Below are positions 40,330 through 48,597 of a stretch of 64,000 nt of DNA, one piece after another. The stretch's first letter is position 1, and every line of letters begins with the position of its first letter. The notes under the pieces were generated by a model that was not told the origin of the DNA, searched no databases, and was given only the letters and a program-made list of their open reading frames with translations. Both the position numbers and the translations under genes were made by a program. The stretch is from sequence record LR756501.1, one strand, 5' to 3'.

Positions 40330-40401
40330 TTGCGGAGGAGGGGATCGAACCCTCGACCTTCAGATTATGAGCCTGACGAGCTACCGCTGCTCTACTCCAC
40401 G
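40330..40401 (-). tRNA. tRNA-Met(CAT), initiator-like (C1xA72)
   Basis: tcagg-CTCATAA-tctga; D arm gagcagcggtagctc. Confidence 0.88.
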
Positions 40402-40416
40402 ATATATTTTTCCTTG

Positions 40417-40489
40417 TAGCGGAAGAGGGATTCGAACCCCCGACCTACGGGTTATGAGCCCGGCGAGCTGGCCACTGCTCTATTCCGCA
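40417..40489 (-). tRNA. tRNA-fMet(CAT)
   Basis: GGG/CCC anticodon stem, 1:72 mismatch. Confidence 0.9.
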
Positions 40490-40503
40490 ATATTTCTTAT
40501 TAG

Positions 40504-40593
40504 TAGCGGGGATCCGATTCGGACGGATGATGACTTTTCACAAGCCATTTTGGGTTATGAGCCCAATGAGTTAGTCCACTACTCTACCCCGCG
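40504..40593 (-). tRNA. tRNA-Met(CAT), initiator-like with long variable arm
   Basis: ttggg-CTCATAA-cccaa; ~21-nt variable region; T loop TCCGAAT. Confidence 0.7.
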
Positions 40594-40705
40594 ATATATT
40601 TTAAATTGTGTTACCCAATCACTTTCGTGAATACAGCCTCTCTGTCTATAAGGAGTAACCACAATTTATTTTTTAGTCAAAATTTCAAAGTACAATTTCA
40701 CTATG

Positions 40706-40713
40706 CAAATATA
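40706..40713 (-). promoter_or_regulatory. Bacteroidota-type -7 element for the Met/Ile tRNA block
   Basis: TATATTTG; boxA-like GTACTTTGAA at 40684-40693. Confidence 0.6.
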
Positions 40714-40740
40714 CGATAATCATTTCAATTAAAAAAATTT

Positions 40741-41271
40741 TTAAAAATCTTTTATACACCTTAAAGAATATCCATATTTCTTATCACCATCAATCTTTCC
40801 TACACTCGACACTCCATCAAATAAGAAGTAAACCCAAGCTGTTGAAGCGTCTCTTTCTGTTGAACTCCAGTAATAAGAATGAGTATTCATATTTTCTCTT
40901 ATCTTCTTATCAGCGTTATACCTACCATTAAACAAAGAATTAAAACCATTCTTATCTTCTAACTTATCTGCAGCAAACTGTTTACCTATTGTGAGAAACA
41001 ATTTATTCCATTCACTTACTCTTGGAATATGCCAACCATCTGGACAGATACCTTTCATTTGTGAAGTATCTGGTTTTCTTTCATTTAGAATGGTTGTATA
41101 GTTATATAAAGTTGTATCATTATATTTCAAATTTTCACCCATCCAAGTTTGTTCTCCGATTTTGATCCACTTGTAAGATTTGTTATCCCTATTATCAATG
41201 AACGTTCCTTTTGTTTGTGCATTCAATAAGAATGTAGTTAAGACAAACAATAATGTAATTAACCTTTTCAT
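40741..41271 (-). CDS. FISUMP-domain exported protein
   Basis: Signal peptide; TWMGENLKY, ICPDGWHIP, GYSLRCIKD. Confidence 0.85.
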   Translation of the reverse strand: MKRLITLLFVLTTFLLNAQTKGTFIDNRDNKSYKWIKIGEQTWMGENLKYNDTTLYNYTTILNERKPDTSQMKGICPDGWHIPRVSEWNKLFLTIGKQFAADKLEDKNGFNSLFNGRYNADKKIRENMNTHSYYWSSTERDASTAWVYFLFDGVSSVGKIDGDKKYGYSLRCIKDF

Positions 41272-41292
41272 ATTATTCCGATTTTTAATGAG

Positions 41293-41364
41293 TTGCCCCT
41301 AATGGATTCGAACCATTACACCGAGCTCCAAAAACTCGTGTGCTAACCGTTACACTAAAGAGCA
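41293..41364 (-). tRNA. tRNA-Gln(TTG)
   Basis: cgagt-TTTTGGA-gctcg; U1-A72. Confidence 0.88.
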
Positions 41365-41506
41365 ATATATCTTTAACTATATATTGTTTTATTATCTTTA
41401 AGTTTAGAGATAATTTTTTTTAATCTTTCGTCCCTAGTTTTAATGTACTTCATAAGTCTTTCTTTTCCTTCTGTTGATATGCTCAAAACAGTAAATGTTA
41501 TACCTT

Positions 41507-41761
41507 TCATAATTTAAATTTTTTTAAGTCTAATAATCTTACGTTGCCTTCACCCATTGATAAAACTTTATCTAAAGCTTCTTTATCACCAGGTACCCAT
41601 CCAACGAAGTTATTTTTTAATTTTTCCTCTAACTCGACTAATTTATTTAAGTCGTGGTCACAAAGTTCAAAAAGATATTCTGTTTGTCCTCTGGACCTAT
41701 TAGTTGCTGATGTGAATTCTTCAAAGAACTCTTTACCGTAAGTATCTTGTAGTGTTTTCAT
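41507..41761 (-). CDS. Hypothetical protein
   Basis: 84-aa ORF. Confidence 0.65.
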   Translation of the reverse strand: MKTLQDTYGKEFFEEFTSATNRSRGQTEYLFELCDHDLNKLVELEEKLKNNFVGWVPGDKEALDKVLSMGEGNVRLLDLKKFKL

Positions 41762-41774
41762 AGTTTTATATCTT

Positions 41775-42464
41775 TCATCTTAATTTCATTATTTTAAATA
41801 TGTTACTAATAGTTCCTTTACTAACTTCAAAATGTTTTGATATTTCTTTTTGGTTCATTCCTCCATCATGTAATTCTTTAATTTTTATCTTATCCAATTT
41901 ATACTTGATTTCTTTTATGTTTTTTGATTTTTCTAAAATTTCTTCATAATTATTATCAAAAAATCCATCGTTGAAGTGTAAATCCATATGGCAATTTTTA
42001 CATAAAACAATACATTTCTGTAGTTCTTCTTCTAAATCTCTTTTTATATCACTAATCCCACTATCTAACAACAACCTGGATATGGTGATAATTTTATTTT
42101 TTGGTTCTATGTGATGAAAATCTAATGATCCGCTACATTTATCATACCCACATTTTTCACATTTTATATTATTAACATACTCTAATAATATTTTCTTATT
42201 TCTTGTTCTATAACCGTCAATATCGTAATGCAATTCGTGATGGCAATTATAACATAATAAAGAACATTTTTTTAATTCTTTCTCTATTATAGACCATCTC
42301 AGAATTTCTGATATATTCAAATCCTTATCTTCTCCCTCTTTATGATGAAAACATAATTTATAATAACTATTTTCACCACATTTCTCACATTTGCCCCCCA
42401 AATAATTTATAGCTTTAAATTTTTTAGAATATCTATCTATTTTTAACCATCTAATTTTATCCAT
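41775..42464 (-). CDS. HNH homing endonuclease, tandem HNH + HTH
   Basis: Two CxxC..FHH..LCxNCH units. Confidence 0.88.
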   Translation of the reverse strand: MDKIRWLKIDRYSKKFKAINYLGGKCEKCGENSYYKLCFHHKEGEDKDLNISEILRWSIIEKELKKCSLLCYNCHHELHYDIDGYRTRNKKILLEYVNNIKCEKCGYDKCSGSLDFHHIEPKNKIITISRLLLDSGISDIKRDLEEELQKCIVLCKNCHMDLHFNDGFFDNNYEEILEKSKNIKEIKYKLDKIKIKELHDGGMNQKEISKHFEVSKGTISNIFKIMKLR

Positions 42465-42523
42465 TAGTTGTAATCTTTTTTATTATATATATAAATAAAA
42501 AATACAACTTTTTCTCGTTTTTG

Positions 42524-42594
42524 TAGTTCCATCTGGTCATGATCCAGAACCTTTAGTTTCAGAAACTAACTTGCATCCGTTACAACATGGAACT
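42524..42594 (-). tRNA. tRNA-Gln(CTG), atypical T loop
   Basis: ttagt-TTCTGAA-actaa; T loop ATCATGA. Confidence 0.7.
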
Positions 42595-42599
42595 TTTTG

Positions 42600-42672
42600 C
42601 AGCCCCAACTGGATTCGAACCAATACCCGCTCCTTCAAAGGGAGAAATGCTCAACCATTACACTATGGGGCC
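42600..42672 (-). tRNA. tRNA-Gln(TTG)
   Basis: ctcc-CTTTGAA-ggag; G73. Confidence 0.88.
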
Positions 42673-42681
42673 ATGTTTTTG

Positions 42682-42753
42682 TACCGTGAGGAAATTTCGA
42701 AATTCCGGCCTAGCGAATATGAGTCGCTTGCTCTGCCTCTGAGCTACCACGGC
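42682..42753 (-). tRNA. tRNA with CAT anticodon, Ile2-like (or elongator Met)
   Basis: gagcaagcga-CTCATAT-tcgct resembles E. coli ileX. Confidence 0.8.
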
Positions 42754-42758
42754 GTTTG

Positions 42759-42897
42759 TTGGAAGGGGATGAATCGAACATCCGGTCACGGCTTATGATG
42801 CTTGGTTTGTGTTGCTGTACGTAATTTTTATCCGTTTAAAGTCGAATATCAAATTACGGTTTTTGTTTACGTCGTGTTACCACTACACTACCTTCCA
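42759..42897 (-). ncRNA. tRNA-like element with ~65-70-nt insertion in the anticodon arm
   Basis: Acceptor tggaagg/ccttcca, intact D and T arms; insert holds a cgtaattt/aaattacg hairpin and TACAGCAA. Confidence 0.65.
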
Positions 42898-42914
42898 ATT
42901 TCTATTTCAATACG

Positions 42915-42923
42915 TCAAAGAAC
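42915..42923 (-). promoter_or_regulatory. boxA-like element
   Basis: GTTCTTTGAcgTATTGAAATA. Confidence 0.65.
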
Positions 42924-42940
42924 TTAATCTTTATTATTTG

Positions 42941-43011
42941 AACTCCCAACGGATCCCGAGACCGTATCCAGACTGTGAAAAAGTCTAATCCTTCCTTTAG
43001 ACGATAGGAGC
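42941..43011 (-). tRNA. tRNA-Glu(TTC), atypical T loop
   Basis: agact-TTTTCAC-agtct. Confidence 0.7.
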
Positions 43012-43020
43012 ATATGTAAA

Positions 43021-43052
43021 ACAAAAAACCCAATCATTTCTGATTGGGTTCC
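43021..43052 (-). terminator. Attenuator terminator before the Glu/Met/Ile/Gln array
   Basis: aacccaatca-GAAA-tgattgggtt + U tract. Confidence 0.88.
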
Positions 43053-43073
43053 TCGAATATCTTATTAACATTC

Positions 43074-43154
43074 TTAATATGATATAGTCCCTCCAATCAG
43101 GTTTTGAATCTGTTGCATCTGTTCTTGTATCATATTAATTATTCGAAAGTTCAT
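43074..43154 (-). CDS. Leader peptide MNFRIINMIQEQMQQIQNLIGGTISY
   Basis: 27-codon uORF; contains CTGATTGG (43093-43100), complementary to the terminator 5' arm. Confidence 0.8.
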   Translation of the reverse strand: MNFRIINMIQEQMQQIQNLIGGTISY

Positions 43155-43196
43155 AATATTTATTTTTTACTATTTCTATATATTAGACTAAAAAAG

Positions 43197-43379
43197 TCAT
43201 TTTTTTCTATTTTCAGCAGGATAACCTTTTTCTGTTATCGCCTTCATCAATTCATTTAATGTTACTCCAAACCCTTTATCCTTTAAAACCTCTTGTACTA
43301 CTTCTGTTGGTGCTTCTGATGTAAAACTAACATTCTGTAAGTTAGTGTAATCCATATTCGTAAGATAGTATGCAGTCAT
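43197..43379 (-). CDS. Small hypothetical protein
   Basis: 60-aa ORF; TAATTTTG promoter at 43407-43414. Confidence 0.65.
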   Translation of the reverse strand: MTAYYLTNMDYTNLQNVSFTSEAPTEVVQEVLKDKGFGVTLNELMKAITEKGYPAENRKK

Positions 43380-43443
43380 ATAGTTTTTGTTTTTCTAATT
43401 ATAACACAAAATTAAGAAAAGTTTGCGATATAAAAAAATTTAT

Positions 43444-43740
43444 TTATACTTTTTTAAAAATAGTTTGTGTCCTACCATTGTTAGATACGTACCTAGCTGT
43501 TAGAGTACCATTCTTTAGAAGTCCGTGTAGAAATCCTGAAATCAAATTAAAGTGATAGTAGTAATTAGGTATTAAAGTAATTACTGGTCTATACTTACCC
43601 CAATTTGATGTTCTATAACCACGATTAATTTTATTGAACTGGTTAATAAACTGTTCAACAGTGAATTCACCTGTTAATTCTACTTTTGGAAAAATATAAT
43701 ATTCGAAATAATTCGGCTCCCATTCCCAATACATTTTCAT
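43444..43740 (-). CDS. Hypothetical protein
   Basis: 98-aa ORF. Confidence 0.6.
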   Translation of the reverse strand: MKMYWEWEPNYFEYYIFPKVELTGEFTVEQFINQFNKINRGYRTSNWGKYRPVITLIPNYYYHFNLISGFLHGLLKNGTLTARYVSNNGRTQTIFKKV

Positions 43741-43817
43741 AACTTTAAGATTTATGAAAACTGTCGTGTTTCTGTTACGCCGCCACCTATTTTTAATCAG
43801 ACTAGGAACTGTTTAAT

Positions 43818-44057
43818 TTACCAAGGCATTTCTGCCAAAGCTGCTGAAGTCATATCTTCAGGTATGTTTTTAATTCTCTGATACGTTGCCACATCTTTCA
43901 TTTCAACAAATCCCAAACCCTTCAAATGTGAAATATAAGATCCAATGGTTCCAGTGATTTTCACACCAATTGCTTCTTTCATTTCTTTCTTGGTGAAGAC
44001 TTCGTCGTGTTTGTTAATAAAGTCTTTGGTTAATTGCCATTTATTTACTTTCGCCAT
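43818..44057 (-). CDS. Small winged-HTH-like protein
   Basis: 79-aa helical pattern; TATCTTTG promoter at 44087-44094. Confidence 0.55.
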   Translation of the reverse strand: MAKVNKWQLTKDFINKHDEVFTKKEMKEAIGVKITGTIGSYISHLKGLGFVEMKDVATYQRIKNIPEDMTSAALAEMPW

Positions 44058-44118
44058 CTTGAATAGTTTTTAACTGTTTAACTATACAAAGATACTGCGA
44101 TTTTATCAAATAAAAAAA

Positions 44119-44352
44119 TTATACTACTTCAAATCCTAATCTTTTTATCCAATTCTGGCAATCTTTTTCAGTTGGCATCGAGACAAGATCTATTTCAAAA
44201 TTCTTATCCATCACATGATAACCAACATACTTACCGTCAACTTCCTTCACTTTGATCTTACCACCACCTTCGAGTGTCCAATTCCAAAGTTTCTCAAGTT
44301 CTTCCTTTGAAAACCATTCATTGTAGAACCAATCATTTCTAAAATCTACCAT
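44119..44352 (-). CDS. Hypothetical protein
   Basis: 77-aa ORF. Confidence 0.65.
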   Translation of the reverse strand: MVDFRNDWFYNEWFSKEELEKLWNWTLEGGGKIKVKEVDGKYVGYHVMDKNFEIDLVSMPTEKDCQNWIKRLGFEVV

Positions 44353-44353
44353 A

Positions 44354-44824
44354 TTACCAATTTTTATAAGGATTGTTAATTAAATTTGAATTCAAATATC
44401 TTACTTGTTCTGTAACTTCTTCTGCTACCCAACTTGGTTTTTCAAACCTTTCGTCCACTGAATCCAATTCAATTTCAGCGACAATCAATCCGTCATTATC
44501 ATCCAAGAAAACATCCACTTCCCAAATGTGTCCCTTGAAAGGGATTTTAGTTCTTATTTTCTTGATAACTTTATCACAGAATAAATCAACCATTCTTTTA
44601 CCATCTTCTTCTGGTATAGAGTATTCAAACTCTTCACGAGATATGGTTCCATTACCTTTTATGGTTATGAAACATTCTTTATCTTCTATGATTCTTATTC
44701 TGACTGTCTTTTCAACACTATTGAGAATATATCCTTGAATGTATAATTCACTTGGATATAGTGTTAAGACGTTGTTTAGGAAGGCGTCTGTTTTAGGGAT
44801 TAAAAATTTTCTTTCTATTTCCAT
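44354..44824 (-). CDS. CYTH-domain protein
   Basis: EIERKFL, VRIRI, TIKG, WEVDVF, VAEIEL. Confidence 0.93.
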   Translation of the reverse strand: MEIERKFLIPKTDAFLNNVLTLYPSELYIQGYILNSVEKTVRIRIIEDKECFITIKGNGTISREEFEYSIPEEDGKRMVDLFCDKVIKKIRTKIPFKGHIWEVDVFLDDNDGLIVAEIELDSVDERFEKPSWVAEEVTEQVRYLNSNLINNPYKNW

Positions 44825-44860
44825 TTCGCTAATATAAATAAAAATGTTGAAATTAAAAAA

Positions 44861-45145
44861 TTATCTGCGTTGATTTACGAGAAATTCTATACTGTAAATT
44901 TCTTCTCCTCTTTCTTCACAATCTAAACAATAATATTCGTAGTGCATTTCATCAGCAAAAATATCTTGGTCCCCCCAATCTATATTTTCACTACCACAAT
45001 TTGCACAGACTCCTTGTCTGTCGCTATATTTGTTTGGATTATCACTCCAGTTCTCTTCACCGTAAGGATCTATCTTGCTTCTATCCACTGGTTCTGGTCC
45101 TTGCTCAGGAGTATCTAATTGTTCGTTAAATTTTTTTATTTTCAT
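44861..45145 (-). CDS. Zinc-ribbon protein, xNE leader + DPYGEENW
   Basis: MKIKKFNE; CANC, CLDC. Confidence 0.75.
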   Translation of the reverse strand: MKIKKFNEQLDTPEQGPEPVDRSKIDPYGEENWSDNPNKYSDRQGVCANCGSENIDWGDQDIFADEMHYEYYCLDCEERGEEIYSIEFLVNQRR

Positions 45146-45146
45146 A

Positions 45147-45497
45147 TTAATAATTTGGTTTTAATTCTTCCGCTAAATCTGTATAAGCGTCAACGAATTC
45201 TCTTTCAGTTAATTCCCTTAAAACCTTAATCATATGGTTAGGAACGCCAAATCTTATAGTCATTGTGGTCACATTTTTCCTGAGATCATCAATAATATAA
45301 TAATATAAAATTCCTCTATGTGGATAATCAATAGTAAAAATGAATTCTTTTATGTATTGACTATGTACCTTAATTTCAGTAGGATTTAAATTGAGATTTA
45401 CTGCTATTTCCCTTATAATTTCTATATTATCTCTATCGTCCCATCTTTCTTCACCGTACGGGTCAAATTTATTGAAATTATCAAATTTTTTAATCAT
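45147..45497 (-). CDS. Hypothetical protein, CTS-like leader + DPYGEERW
   Basis: MIKKFDNFNKFDPYGEERW. Confidence 0.75.
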   Translation of the reverse strand: MIKKFDNFNKFDPYGEERWDDRDNIEIIREIAVNLNLNPTEIKVHSQYIKEFIFTIDYPHRGILYYYIIDDLRKNVTTMTIRFGVPNHMIKVLRELTEREFVDAYTDLAEELKPNY

Positions 45498-45501
45498 GAA
45501 A

Positions 45502-45711
45502 CTATATATTAAAAATAGTTTTAATATAATTTCTTATTGGTAATTGCTGTTCGTCTGGTAAAAGTTTAATGGATTCAACCGTAACCTCAAATTCGTCTTC
45601 ACGTAATATTCCAAGAAATAATCTTATTCTTGGCGATGTGTTATTGTAAAGGATCATGTGATGGTCGAGTTTTTCGATATCAACGTAAAGAATGTTATCT
45701 TCGTAAGTCAT
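45502..45711 (-). CDS. Small hypothetical protein
   Basis: 69-aa ORF. Confidence 0.6.
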   Translation of the reverse strand: MTYEDNILYVDIEKLDHHMILYNNTSPRIRLFLGILREDEFEVTVESIKLLPDEQQLPIRNYIKTIFNI

Positions 45712-45740
45712 AATATTTTTTTATTTTTATATCACAAAAA

Positions 45741-46961
45741 TTAAGCTTTTGTTTCAGCTTTCTTTAAATTTTGTGAAGTATATTTTCTCAATTCTTTTAC
45801 CTTCTTATCAAAGTGTTGAATTATCTTACTATTCACTTCGTAATTGGTTTCATCCGTCGTATCTAATATGTGAACAATATAACTCGTTAACTCATCATCA
45901 TTACCCTTCAACGAATCCAAAAATCTTAACATATTGGCAAATTGATATTCTTCCAACGTCCTTAAATCCATATGTCTCAGATTACTAATGAGTTCTGATA
46001 TTCTAGCTCTACCAAACCCTGATACTTCTTTTTTAACTTCGTCCCATTTTATTAGAATATCGTTTATGTTTATATTTGATACGTCTTGGCAATATCTAAC
46101 GAAATTAGTTATACTATGTCCAACGAAATATCTACCGTTATCCAATAAGAATTTGATTATTTCCTTAAAATCTTCTGGGTTCTTTCCCCACTTGTGAATT
46201 ATAAATTTAGATAAGTTAGTCCAACTTCTTGGAGTAGCGTAACGTAATTCTTTCTCATTTGGAAGTTTATAATATTCACCTGGGTTTGCTCTAATATAAT
46301 CTATAATTATATTCCAAACGTGGTACTGAGCGTATTCACTTATCCACTCTTCAAATGGAAGGTCGTGATCAACGATAACAAGTCTATTAGACAGAGCCAA
46401 ATCCATCTCATCTACTTCTGTACCGTCTTCTTCGCCGAGGTTACCAGAACTCATTAGAAACACATTATCATTCAATTTTAAGTCACCAATCTGTCTCTCA
46501 TTAAGTAATTGTAAGGCTGCGTTTCGAACGTGTACGTTTGCTCTATTTAATTCTTCTAAGTGAATTATAGTTGGCTCGACATTAGCGTTGAAAGCCCACT
46601 CGGGAACAGCAAAGTGGAGAAGGTCAACTTGTCCTTCTTTTATGGTTTTAAGTAGAGGTTCTTTAAGTTCAATAAATTCTTTTTCTGTAATATAGTCAAG
46701 TTCTCTTAATTTACCAGCTTTTTCTAGTTTTGTAAAAGCGTCATTTAAAACTGGGTACAAACCAATATCAGTTTCGTCGATTTGGCTAAGGCGTCTATCA
46801 ATATATTTTATTCCTAATTTCTTGGTCATGGACAATCCCATAGCTGATTTTGCCATACCTGGCTTTCCTCTGAGGTAGAGGCAATTTCCTGAGTTCATTA
46901 TATCAAAGTATAATCGCTCGCGTTTAGATAGTTTACTTAATAATTTTTCATTAATTTTCAT
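45741..46961 (-). CDS. MoxR-like AAA+ ATPase
   Basis: GKPGMAKS, LEELNRA, LMSSGN, ATPRSW. Confidence 0.9.
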   Translation of the reverse strand: MKINEKLLSKLSKRERLYFDIMNSGNCLYLRGKPGMAKSAMGLSMTKKLGIKYIDRRLSQIDETDIGLYPVLNDAFTKLEKAGKLRELDYITEKEFIELKEPLLKTIKEGQVDLLHFAVPEWAFNANVEPTIIHLEELNRANVHVRNAALQLLNERQIGDLKLNDNVFLMSSGNLGEEDGTEVDEMDLALSNRLVIVDHDLPFEEWISEYAQYHVWNIIIDYIRANPGEYYKLPNEKELRYATPRSWTNLSKFIIHKWGKNPEDFKEIIKFLLDNGRYFVGHSITNFVRYCQDVSNININDILIKWDEVKKEVSGFGRARISELISNLRHMDLRTLEEYQFANMLRFLDSLKGNDDELTSYIVHILDTTDETNYEVNSKIIQHFDKKVKELRKYTSQNLKKAETKA

Positions 46962-47220
46962 AAGTTTTGTCGATCCACTTATTTCTTTTTATATTTTTTA
47001 TTTCGTCTTCTGTTGCTGGTTGTCCGTCTATCCAGTACTCTATAAACTCATTTTTACCAACAATAGCAGGACCGTTATCTCTATGAAGTTTACCTTTTTG
47101 TAAATACCAAAGATTTCCATTTTTAAAATCGATAGCTGGTCCATCCACTCTATGAAGATAGGTTCTTCTCCTAACTTCATCTAAATAAAAAATATCTCCA
47201 CATATATCAATACTCTTCAT
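46951..47220 (-). CDS. LHRxDGPA-repeat protein
   Basis: LHRVDGPAI, LHRDNGPAI. Confidence 0.75.
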   Translation of the reverse strand: MKSIDICGDIFYLDEVRRRTYLHRVDGPAIDFKNGNLWYLQKGKLHRDNGPAIVGKNEFIEYWIDGQPATEDEIKNIKRNKWIDKTYEN

Positions 47221-47255
47221 ATTTAATATATTCTATTTTTCTTAATTTGTTTTTC

Positions 47256-48563
47256 TTAATCTTTCACTACAATTTGTTTAGCGTTTCCTACTACTTTACA
47301 TTTATCGTGATGACTTATAATCATGCATTTTTTCAAAAGAGTTACATTCAATTCATCAGTCATACCGTCAGTTAATATCAACGTATTCATTTTATTAATC
47401 TTTTTATTAGAAGCTATAAAATTAATACCAGTTTGTAAGGTGGTTCCACCTAATCCAAATATTGCTAATTTTCTAAACTCCGCTTTACTCCTAATCACTT
47501 TGAAATCCTTTACCTCTGTATCACATTGAACTAGATTAATTCTTATACCGTTTTGAAAAATATAAGATAAAGATTTCTCAAAATATCCTTCCATACTACC
47601 AGACACATCCAACATCACATTAAGAGCGTAAGATTCTTTCCTTTTACCTTTAACACCAGGAATACTTCTTCTATTCCTTTTAGTCATAGACTTTTGTTTG
47701 AAATTACCAAATAACTCGTTTATACCAATTTTTATATCTTTAATATAATCTTTCTTTGATTTAGTAATTTTATCAAGAGTTGCTTGTATATCACCTGTAA
47801 GTAATCCTCTGTTCTTCAGTGCGTTCTTCACGTTCTCAATTATACTTTTTCTATATTCTGCTGGTAAATCACAAGGTAAATGGCAGTCTAAAAATTCACA
47901 TAATCCCAATTCTAATTGATCAAATATCCTTCTAAGATAATCACTTACTGGACAATCTGGACAACTACATGGTGCCTTACCGTGCATTCTGTTACATTTA
48001 CATTCTAAATCTTTATCACACTGGCAGTTAGCTTTCCATTCGTCGTACTTTTGTTTTTCAATTATTATCCATTCGTACATTTCTTCAAAAGAAAGTGTAC
48101 CTTTATATTCCTCTGGTTTATGAAGAACCCAAACTTTATTAGTTTCTCTATCGATGGGTATTTCGGCGAATCTAAGGTTTCTTTTATTGATTTTGTTATG
48201 TTGATTCATTTTATCAACGATATCTGTCTTGATAACGTCGTTAATGATCATATCTTGTACGACGTTACTAAGTTCGTGATCGTAACCACATCTTCTTGTT
48301 CTAGCTTGGTGGTCCCAAAGTAGGTGGAATATTTCGTGTAACATAATGAAATTCATTTCTTCTTGGGTAAGAGTATCAATAAACTCTTCGTTGAAATAGA
48401 ATCTCATTCCGTGAATATCAACTGTAACACCACATGTCTTGATATTTTGGAATTTCTTAAAATTTATGAATTGGCAGAACTCTCCGTAATATTGAAGTCC
48501 TAACATAGCGTCAGAAATCATTACGTCAACAGAGTTAATTATTTTTTGATGATTTTCAGCCAT
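47256..48563 (-). CDS. Metallopeptidase-like + VWA domain protein (DUF2201-like)
   Basis: HEIFH (HEXXH); DVSGSM MIDAS, GGGT-like GLGGT, LTDG. Confidence 0.88.
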   Translation of the reverse strand: MAENHQKIINSVDVMISDAMLGLQYYGEFCQFINFKKFQNIKTCGVTVDIHGMRFYFNEEFIDTLTQEEMNFIMLHEIFHLLWDHQARTRRCGYDHELSNVVQDMIINDVIKTDIVDKMNQHNKINKRNLRFAEIPIDRETNKVWVLHKPEEYKGTLSFEEMYEWIIIEKQKYDEWKANCQCDKDLECKCNRMHGKAPCSCPDCPVSDYLRRIFDQLELGLCEFLDCHLPCDLPAEYRKSIIENVKNALKNRGLLTGDIQATLDKITKSKKDYIKDIKIGINELFGNFKQKSMTKRNRRSIPGVKGKRKESYALNVMLDVSGSMEGYFEKSLSYIFQNGIRINLVQCDTEVKDFKVIRSKAEFRKLAIFGLGGTTLQTGINFIASNKKINKMNTLILTDGMTDELNVTLLKKCMIISHHDKCKVVGNAKQIVVKD

Positions 48564-48597
48564 AGCTAGTTATATATGGCTACTAGTAAATTAAGTT

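Larger units (their letters stand above)
62..45464. repeat. Dispersed in-frame peptide motif DPYGEE[DN]W, 18 exact + 1 degenerate copies
   Basis: Copies start near 62, 906, 948, 1188, 1546, 1874, 3928, 8138(-), 14795, 15035, 17662, 25579(-), 25804(-), 26038(-), 27208(-), 28450(-), 32393 (DSYGEE), 45053(-), 45447(-); codons vary synonymously. Confidence 0.95.

Noticed and set aside
40319-40630. ORFs overlapping RNA genes (40319-40630, 42571-42798, 54792-55231, 55699-55881, 59038-59304, 63566-63925)
   Set aside because: Chance frames across tRNA and ncRNA sequence; no coding features.
42759-42897. tmRNA or ochre suppressor (ctttaaa loop inside the insertion)
   Set aside because: It has a full D arm, no G3-U70, no tag reading frame and is too short; the inner loop is 8 nt and lacks its own tRNA arms.
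62-45464. DPYGEE-coding DNA as a CRISPR array or DNA repeat element
   Set aside because: Copies are dispersed, always in frame, only 18-24 nt, vary at synonymous positions and have no regular spacers.
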